A stretch of 62,986 nt of DNA, filler included, from Choristocarpus tenellus KU-1152 (lineage: Eukaryota > Protista > Phaeophyceae), in assembly GCA_964200185.2 (NCBI GenBank). It is 11 parts of 11 records of this genome, joined end to end, with 100 filler letters (N's around TTAATTAATTAA, not from the genome) between each part and the next. Parts side by side here need not be neighbours in the genome. Positions count along the whole stretch, not along the records: positions 41,606 to 54,246 come from CAXNAD020001758.1; positions 54,347 to 59,604 come from CAXNAD020011337.1; positions 59,705 to 62,986 come from CAXNAD020021059.1; 8 more parts are not named here. One strand, 5' to 3'. Both the position numbers and the translations under genes were made by a program. The notes under the pieces were generated by a model. It worked only from the letters and a program-made list of their open reading frames with translations. It ran no database searches and was not told the DNA's origin. Of this stretch, positions 53,677-62,986 are shown piece by piece (position 1 is the first letter of the stretch; every line of letters begins with the position of its first letter).

Positions 53677-54349
53677 CTGTATCGTCGGACACTTGGTTGG
53701 GCATTGGTAAGACAAAAAAAGTACATACACATTACAACCTTGGAATTGCAACCATCTTTGCCTCTCGACTTGTAACTTGCGAAGGTGCTGGGGATACAGC
53801 CACACAGCTTTTCATTTGATGTCGCTGTTCATGTCGTCATGCTTTCATCAAGATCATCCAGTTTATCTCAACGAGAGCATGCGTCTGGTGTTTGTTCGTG
53901 ACATTATCTCTGAGCTGTTGTCTGAGTCATGAGCAATGGAGGAGGAATAGCGAACAAGCATGCAATCGAGGGAAACAGCAAGCGAGCACAAGGAGGGTGA
54001 CCGGGTTACAAACAGGGGACACGCACTAGGAGTGAAAGAACACCAAAACTCCTTCCTTTAAAGGATACAGGAAATATCTTGGTTGAGAAGCACTAGGTAT
54101 CAGTAAGGGCATCCAAACCTCCTGGATGCCAAATACCCTCTTGTTGTATAACCTCTTATTCGAACCTGATTAGATGCCACTCCTCCACATAGATTAGGCC
54201 TGCTGAGGGGGAGGGTTGGCCTGTCCTGGGGGAGGTATGTTGACGCNNNNNNNNNNNNNNNNNNNNNNNNNNNNNNNNNNNNNNNNNNNNTTAATTAATT
54301 AANNNNNNNNNNNNNNNNNNNNNNNNNNNNNNNNNNNNNNNNNNNNGGT

Positions 54350-54417
<68 letters not shown>

Positions 54418-55994
54418 ATATCCGGTGTTCCTTCATTTGATGTATGTGTAAATCCTCAGCCGCGAATGCGCGTGAGCTTTTCGCATCCCTGAAACGACTT
54501 CTTCGAGGTCTCTGTAGAGTAACACACTCCAAGTTCATAAAAACGAAACAAATATCCTTTCCCCCTCCCTCCCCCAAATAAATTATCAAGATCCTTTACA
54601 CAGATAAGAGAGTCCGTGACCCTGTCCAGTAGAGGTACAATTGTGACTCACGTACTGAGATTATGTACATTTTCAAGTTAACATTCCCAACCAGGAACTG
54701 TACAGGACATAACCGCACCTCAAACACTTGGGTGGGACCAACGGAGTCTCTCTACAGGAGTGTGAGCAGAGTGGACATGCACTTGTGTTCTTGGAAACTG
54801 TAAACGCATGCAACTCTTCGCATAGCCTTGGAGGCGTTGTTTTTGAGATATTTAGACACCTAAAAAGACGGCATTCCCGTGTCAGACTAGGAACAATGGG
54901 ATCTCAATATGTTGACCAAATAAGAGGTCGTGCGTTCAAACACCGCCTGGCTGCTTTCTCAAACTCCAACACCAGTATGAGAGTGAAAAAAGGTGGAGCA
55001 AGACTTGTCCACAAGATGGCGCTGAATGGTATAGGCGAAGATGGAGACAACTGCATGGAGAGCGTGTGGGAAACGATGGGGGTGATGACCCACTGATTAA
55101 GCCACACATTCCTCTGACCTATGATTTTGGTTTAAAAAAATTGATGTACCAGTAATGTATATATATATTCCACTTGAGGCAATGGTCCTGCACAAGACTA
55201 CAGCCTCATTGACACAGTAGTATCTCATGATCTTAAACCTGGAGCTACAATACTTATCTTGCCTTCCCAAGCAACACCTACCTGTATATATATATATATA
55301 TATAAATGTAAGTATATGCTAGAGCAACGTACTTGTGGCTGGCCAATGGAGGAAATCTTCTATTGATGGCACTCTCTGTGGTCTCAAAATTCAACTGTGA
55401 TGTTATTGTTGCCAATCTCCATTCCGCAGGAATATTGCCTCCCTTGATTAATACAATGACTACGCAACAATTTCAATACGAAAGATGTACCTCCATTGAG
55501 AAACAACATCGTCCTCGAGTAGAGCTAGCTCGATGTACAAGACAGTGGTGGCAAACACTTGGCACCGGGGGATGTATATGTCTAGACAGACTCAACTCAA
55601 GTGCAATGATAAAGAACACCACCAAGTCTCTCCACTCTCACACAACACACTGAAGTATCTGTCTCCCATCCCTAAAGTTTCATTGATTCCAATCACGACT
55701 CTGGACTGCAACCTCTGCATTCGCTATCAGCATTCTGCCTGCAAGGCTGATATAGTTGTCGTGTTGTATAGTATGTAACTGTCTGTTCTCAATCCAAGGT
55801 TGAGAACAAGCACATCACAACAAATCGTGGAGGGTAGGATATCCTACATATAACATCCTACATACAACTAGCCCACAAAGGTGATGCACCTGTGTGGGAC
55901 TTTGACATTCATGAGATGACCGGGTTCAAACCTTTACTCTTTCATTTAATCCTAATGCCATAGCATATTTCAAATGCACGTACTTAAGTGCTAC

Positions 55995-58218
55995 CATACT
56001 GTACTGGCCTGTGCTGGGATGCCAATGTGCCTCGGGTTGAATTGCAGCAGGCTCTTATGTATGCACTGCCTGCACGATGATCCCTTTCAGTCAGCCATAC
56101 TATTCCTCACACACATGCGAAAAAAGCCTTCCATCAAATACAAACATGTCATCGGTGCTTACCTTACTGCAACAAATATATACACAAAAAAAATGATTAC
56201 GCTGTACCTTACTTGTGCAGGGAGGTACTGCACCATATTATATCTTAGTAACTTTAAAAGAGCAGCGCATAGAACTCATCAACCCGGTCACATAAAAAAA
56301 AGATAACTAACTCACTTCTTGGCAGCAATATACACCATGTATGAATACATAACCCTTCCAATTGAGGAGTGAGGTATACCCAGGAGTCATGCCAAGATTG
56401 AGCTGGTAGAGGAAAATAAGAGAGGTGAATTAATTCACCTCATTGGATGTAACATGCAAGTCATTCCGTGGGCAAAAATATTTTCACCAAGATAAAAACA
56501 TATATTATATTTTCTGATCTCGAATTTACTCTCGGGGGTTTTCGAATGAGTACTTTCGAGAGGCTAGAAAACCCCCCGAGGGAGGAGGGGCATACATAGC
56601 CACAGCACCAGGGACGTACACCCAACAATCTAAGTTCACTACATCATGTACGTAATGTTGGTATTGCAAATGAAGATCCACATCCTACACATACATTTCT
56701 TTTTATAAACGTGTTTGTAACTCACAACAGGTGCTGCTCAAGAAAAAAAAAAAGTCATGCAAGCTGAGCACTCACCATTCCCCAGACAGCTCCGTTCACA
56801 GTGCTCAGGTCTTCACATTGCTGAGCTGCAAGCGCCTGGGTTAGTCCATCAGGGTCAGTGATGGTAGCATAATCGGATATCGTTTCGTCTGTTGTGTTGC
56901 ATTGGAGTTCCAGGTCTGGGGAAAGGTGAGTGAGGGAAGTCAGGAGAAATGTTAACACACATGCACACAAGCAACAATAATTCCACAAAACTGTTCACTC
57001 GAGATTGCGTAAGGGGGGGGGAGGATGCCTGTCATGGCTCTGTAAGGGTCATTCAGGACACTTCAAGGTTTGTGGATGACATACATGTGTCATGTGTGCA
57101 TGCGTGCGGATGTGTAGATAGGAGAACAGTACTACCTTCTTGTGTGAAATTGGTTGTGTTTGCCTCCTTTCGTGTTACTGACAAGTTTTAACATAATTAA
57201 TCGTTCCTCGATGAGGTGACAGGCATTGCAGTACCTTGTGTTGTAATTCAAGGTGGCAACGCATCTCCAAATCCAATCCTAAAACCCTATAAATAATGAG
57301 GTGGTCTTAACCATAGTTGAAGCAAGAAGGATTCTCCTCAAAGACATCACGGAGATAGATGTTTCCTTCACAGAGATCGAGGCGATACGCACCAGTGACA
57401 TCAACGCTGTTTGAAACGAGAGATAACTAGCTCTTGGGAAGCAAGATGGCAAACTCATTGACAAATCCAGCGGCTTACGACAAACGCTTATCACGAGAGC
57501 GTGTGGGAAACAATCCCTGGAAAGTTATCAGGAGAGAATGACATCGCATAGCAATAAAAATCTGTCATATATTTCATTTTGAATAGGGCTTGAGTTGCCC
57601 TTCGAGACAGGACGTCTTAGGGGCAAATAAATGTTTTTACGGTGATTAAATACGGACTCAGGATCGGTGGTTCTAACATTGTGCGTCTCCTCCTAGTGAC
57701 ATCCTACAACATCCCAGCAGGAGCACATGAAATAGGAAGTGTACAGAATCATGACCACTATGAGACTTTGGAGTCAATCTTCCAGCCAACTCCTACTTCC
57801 CATTGCCATTTCAGCACTGCCATTTCAGCACTCACATGACAGCCGCTTGGTGAGATTGCTACATAGTCAATACAGCGATACGATGTGATTCCTGCAGCGT
57901 CCAATAGTGCGTGACGTGGAATGTAGAGTATTGATTGACAAGGAATTTGTTTGGGCTTCTTCCTGGTTTCTCACAAGCCAATTTCAAAACAAAACCTCCT
58001 TAAATCCCTCTTTCGTGGCTGCTATTTCAATCGCAAAGCTCAACAGTGATGATGGGGTAGCACAAGATGTGCGGAACACGACGATCCTTTCGGCATTGTG
58101 ACACACTTTTGGGAGGGTGGATATCAAGTCCAGATCACGGCTCACCGGACGAGTCCTGTGCGGTACAGCTAGCCAAGAAAGCACCACAGACAACCAGAAA
58201 ATGCAATAGCCACCCCAT
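55995..58218 (-). CDS. Secreted protein with a cupin-like HWHP motif. First four exons: 58218-58146, 56915-56776, 56402-56354, 56053-~55995.
   Basis: Signal peptide MGWLLHFLVVCGAFLASCTA-QD. Phase-compatible splicing gives DLELQCNTT...GAVWGM-LNLGMTPGYTSLLNWK-EPAAIQPEAHWHP. Confidence 0.6.
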
Positions 58219-59704
58219 TGAATATCGAGCACCACCCTGTCCCTTCATTCTGCTGATCGATTGTCGGTTGTCGATGGTCGATTGATAAAAGATGGAGTTC
58301 CAACTACTATGTGAGCGGATGCTGCAGTCTTCGCTCTTTTGTTCCGAATTGGGCAACTGGACATAGATGCCACCACGAAGAGATTGAGAGAAGCTTAGGT
58401 GATGATTACAAGATACATTCGATAGGGCTCGACACTTCTGGTGTCTCGGAGCCCTCCCAATCTCTCTCGGTTTGTTGCTTCTTGGTTTGGAAATTGGAAA
58501 GAGGTTTTCTAAGTTTTTGGTGCACTATACCTCTACTGTAATTATTTCGACTTGTACCGCCGTTCACGTTTAGTTTGTGATACATCACCGTATTTCAACG
58601 AATATTACATTTTGGTCAAAATTTCTTCCCTCATCATAAATAATAGATCTACAAAAGACATTATAATATGTTTATTATTATGCCGTTTAAAAAAGTAATA
58701 GTTATATATTTTTTCAACGTCAATCATATTTCTTTCACTTACTACTACTCCTTTCAAGATCATATCCACAAGTGGTTAGAGAGTAGTAATGTTGTAATGT
58801 ACTATTATTATTTATTGTTGCTATTAGTACAAGTATATTTAAAAGTAGTATCGGACACAACTTGTACCCACTTTGTAATTTTCGCAACTTCTCAAAAAGA
58901 TGAAAGTCAAAAAACTAAAACAAGGGTAAAATAACAAAAATACACAAGATAACAGAAAGTACTGCTACAATAAACTTTATCATAGATATATTTGGGTTCG
59001 TTTTTTGAATACAAATGTAGATGATACCAACACACAACTGTAAGGCCTATTCATACCTAACTTCGTACGTTCTTACACCATTATAATAATTCGAGTGGTT
59101 CGTCGCTTTTGCCTCCCTTTTTTTTCCTGGTTGCAGATTCAGCCATCTCTGCAGCAGTCGCTCCGCCTCCTCCCTCCAATAATCTTGGATTAATTATTAT
59201 CACACATATTCTTAGAAGTATATTGAAGTGATAATGGAAGGGAAATCAATCGTCAGTTAGTTATTATCAACGAGAAGGAGGAAGCAACATAATAAACATA
59301 CATAGTCGAAACTCTATTCAGAACAATGCAAAACAGAAAGGGAAAAAGAAATAGAACCTGCATAATAGGTATGTGTAAAAAAAAGGGCAGATCCATAATC
59401 AGTTAATACCATATAGATGAGAAAACAATAGTAAGCAGGAAGAAAACACAGTTCAAGGATCGCCTCTAGGATCAAGACGGTTCAAGAAGGACCACAGATC
59501 ACATATGCATGTCTGCTTCAAAACATAGGATAAATCCTTATACTCACTATGTCAGGGACAGGTTCCTTTTTGGGATCGCCGACACACACTGCATGTATAA
59601 GACGNNNNNNNNNNNNNNNNNNNNNNNNNNNNNNNNNNNNNNNNNNNNTTAATTAATTAANNNNNNNNNNNNNNNNNNNNNNNNNNNNNNNNNNNNNNNN
59701 NNNN

Positions 59705-59768
59705 CCTGATTTTGGTCCAAATGGACACCCTGGTGTAGACTCCCCCCCCCTCCCAGATACTTTGGGTC
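59705..59768 (+). mobile_element. MITE family A, right terminus
   Basis: CCTGATTTTGGTCCAAATGGACACCCTGGTGTAGAC...CCCAGATACTTTGGGTC. Confidence 0.9.
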
Positions 59769-60157
59769 AGTAGTAGTAATAGTAGCAATAACAATAATAA
59801 TGATATTATTATGGTGGATTATCCGATACTACGGGGCACTAATTCCCCAATTAACTCCAGTGCAAGGGACTGGTCCGATTGGTCGGTGCAACACAGACAC
59901 GCATTGTTTGCCAGCATGGAAGCTATCGAAGTACACTGTCAGCAATATTAATGTCTGTCTTCTTACAAAACTTACAATTACTGTCCACCTTGCAGTCTGA
60001 CCCACAGTAATACTCAGGGGTATGTCCTGCAGGGGTAGGAACCAAATGTATGTTGACTCTGACATTCTAATGTTAAACATTTGTGAGACACCCTGTGCTC
60101 TCCCCCCCACTGAGGTTCATGAGAGGTCTACGAATCGAACTATGACCCAGCTGAAGA

Positions 60158-61541
60158 GGTACCAATAGCTTCGCGGTCTGTGGCAATCTTGCTTTTTTTC
60201 GCTGTCGGGGCAGGAGAGGTATTCAACAATATAAATATCAAATGAACGCTTATGCCAAGAGGGGTTGAAAATTTGTATTCAGGAATGCATTAACTCCAGT
60301 GGACGGGAACTATATCCCGATCAAAGAATGCCAAAAAAGCGGGGGAATAACTCCAAGTACAATTTTGATTGTCACCACATCAAAAGATCAAAAGGTACAA
60401 AAATGAAGTAGTTGGCTGAATTCCACGCAAAAACCTGGTCCGGGACAGGCCCTTCCATAATACGGTGCGTTTGTCCCTACCGAAAAAAAACAAGATTGTC
60501 GGGTATCTTTTTAACGCCTTTTCCAGACTTTCTGTGAACACACACACAGGTGATCCAAACAGCAGTATGGACCACGACGGTGAGAAAAGGAGAGCCACCG
60601 AGGTCACCTTGCTCCCTGGATCTACCCTCGGCACCTTCTTTGTCGAGAGGCGACAGAAAAACAAATACCGTGTGAGACTCAGTGCGATGTTAGGTGACGA
60701 GAAAGTCGGTGTAATGTGGCGCAGAAGCATGATCAAATCGCGAAATGGACAACGCGGCCGGGACATTGACGCCGAGAAAAGATACATTGAAAGCGTTACC
60801 ACACAAACGTGGTTGGATCTTCAACCGATATGGAGCAATGCTCCGCAGTCTCTTATGCCTCGGGAAAGCACGAAGAGAGCGGCGAGTGCATCACCAGGTG
60901 GTACAGTGACGAAGTCTGTGGGGAAGTCTGGTCACGGCGGGCCAAGGGAGAACCAGGGTGGCCGGCCAAAGGGAAGGTCGGAGAGGAGACAGTGCGACTG
61001 CGTGCCATTGCGCAAGGGAAACGCCTAAGCGAAACCCGGGTGTAGAATATCTTAGTAGTCGACGAAAAAGATCATAAAACGTCGCTCAAGATGGCAGCAG
61101 GATACGCGGTGGTCACAGCGAAAACTGTGAGTAGATGGGAGAGATACTTTCTAACTAAGAGCCACATCAAGGTGTCGGAGCAAGGGCGCTACGAGAGGCG
61201 TTTCGTTCTGGGCCTCGACGAGGACTTCCTTGCCGAGGTCAAAAAGTGGGTGAGCGAACACACAGGAAGAAAGAGTGGGGAGGCTTTTTTCCATCCTAAA
61301 CCTTATACTTTAATCAAGTAATAGTGTATCTGTTGCCACTCTTGGTGACCTACAATCCAGGGTTCGAATCCCAATATGAGCGCTCTTTCATAAAAAAAAG
61401 GAAAAAATGATGAAAGAAAACGAAGCCCGTACTCTGGGGGGCATTGTGACGAGCATCACGAATATGATTTTATTTTTTTTATCGAGTGTCTAAATCAAAA
61501 GGTATGACGGGACAACCCCAGAGACATATACTATTGGTACC
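60158..61541 (+). mobile_element. Internally deleted DNA transposon (Tc1/IS630-like, family C), copy 2
   Basis: Perfect 11-bp TIR GGTACCAATAG / CTATTGGTACC; homologous to 10370-12129. Retains the N-terminal remnant TVSRWERYF...SEQGRYERRFVLGLDEDF...VKKW. Confidence 0.8.
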
Positions 61542-62529
61542 ACTACAGCTATTATTGCGAAATTTCTTGTCTTCTACGACCACTGGGGGTCGTGGAAGAT
61601 TTGGTTGGGACCTCGGCTTAGCCACTATGTGTTTGTGAAAAGTTCGAACCCGGGCTAGTGATTCTTGTTTAAAATAAAAATATAGATCCTGGCGGTGACC
61701 TTGCCAAGTGCTTATATCCGATATGTTAACTATCATTGCAGTCCAGTTGCTGGGTCAGCCCGCAGCCCTCAACTGGTCTTTGGGCAAGTTATGTGTCCTG
61801 TCCCAAGTAGGGTTCTGGTTATTCGTTCATTGATTGGCGGCAATTAAATATTTTTGCCCTATCCACACTCCAGGAGGTTACCAAAATCTCCTTCGCCTGT
61901 CAACCCTCCAAGTATTAGGGCGATGATGTACTCTTACCCAGCATCAATATAACCCCCTATAAGGCCTCCACTTGAGAGTATTGCTCACGTGAGCTAAGGC
62001 AAGTGTCATGTGTGGAATGATGTTAAATAAATATATGCACCACCTCCTTATCTTCTACGTGCTACTACAGTAGACATTCTAGAGGTTTTTGGTCACAGCA
62101 AATAAATGAATGATATTTTTTCACATGGGAGAACCTGGACTATTCATACACATCATTAGTACTCCAGATTGCTGAATAAAGTGTGTTGAAACCTATGTAG
62201 TATATATTTGATGTGGTGGTTTTTGTTTCCATGCTCAAGAGGAAGCCACGATGGGGAGGCCCTAGCTTTTCCCACCGGCAGGGACTTTACAATCGATCCT
62301 GTGGGAGAATCACCAAAGCCTGTACGCATCCTACACACGAGTGAAAGTATCTTAGAGGGTACGAGTTTTGCCCTTTTTGTCCATTTGGGGATTGGCTTTC
62401 TATGTTTTTTCTTTTTTAGATTTTCCTACTCCAAACTATTTCGGAGTAGGTAAGATGTATACGTTATGAAAAGGTGTGTCCAGAACAAGGATATTGACAC
62501 TTCCTAACAAATACAATAACCAAGATTAA

Positions 62530-62598
62530 ATCAAAATTGCAACATTGGATTTTGGCCCCCAAATGGACGCGGCCCTACCCTCTAAGATACTTTGGCTC
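62530..62598 (-). mobile_element. MITE family A, highly diverged fragment
   Basis: CCCCAAATGGAC...AGATACTTTGGCTC. Confidence 0.5.
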
Positions 62599-62846
62599 AC
62601 ACTGCTTGGGAGTAAACTTGTGATTCGACCTGTTGTCAGTTAAGCATGCAACGTCTTGGTCAAGTACTACTGGTATCTGCGAAATTTGGAAAATATTCCC
62701 GTAGTGGGCTCAGCCCCCCCAATATGTCAGAAAAAAGTTTGTTGTGGGAAAGAACGAGAACATGGGCACGGCAACCAAAACCACGCGTTAATATCTTTCT
62801 GGTACAGTGAATGGATTAATTTGTTGCCATTGGCTTAAATTATCCG

Positions 62847-62986
62847 TGAGGGAGTGGCGGCTGTCCATTTGGGGTCAATTTTTCATGTCACGATTATTGG
62901 ATGATTTGGTTGCATACGTCGGATGGTTACTTTAAATGAACTTTTCCTGATTTTGACCCAAATGGACACCCTTGTGTAGACCCCCC
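62847..62986 (+). mobile_element. MITE family A, internal portion, truncated at the window end
   Basis: GGCGGCTGTCCATTTGGGGTCAA...TTGACCCAAATGGACACCCTTGTGTAGAC. Confidence 0.9.

Noticed and set aside
54347-54416. Long poly-G/poly-C tracts (also 41-65, 25468-25520, 41400-41426) giving poly-Pro or poly-Gly ORFs
   Set aside because: They sit at contig ends; the length is unreliable and likely a sequencing or assembly artefact

Overview
Eukaryotic, intron-rich genomic DNA. It is probably a stramenopile alga such as a brown alga; this is inferred from the intron style, TTAGGG-like motifs and gene content. The window is NOT one locus. It is about 11 short contigs joined by 10 artificial 100-nt N..TTAATTAATTAA..N linkers, so adjacency across linkers is meaningless. 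Partial host genes: the last two exons of an HflX GTPase; a large ankyrin-repeat gene; the 3' end of a coiled-coil gene; a FYVE-type zinc-finger gene; an RCC1-repeat gene; an XK-related (XKR scramblase family) gene with one frameshift; the 3' half of a FANCJ/BRIP1-like helicase (8 exons); a micro-exon-rich unknown gene; and a secreted cupin-like gene. Mobile DNA: a decayed, internally deleted Ty1/copia element with both LTRs; two mariner (DD39D-like) transposase fragments; two complementary deletion derivatives of one Tc1/IS630-like DNA transposon; an abundant ~186-bp MITE family (9 copies or fragments, mostly at contig ends, one inserted at the copia protease motif); and a CAC-terminated TIR family. 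I found no convincing novel multi-gene system. The best leads are the unclassified MITE, the hidden micro-exon gene, the secreted HWHP cupin and the XKR gene.
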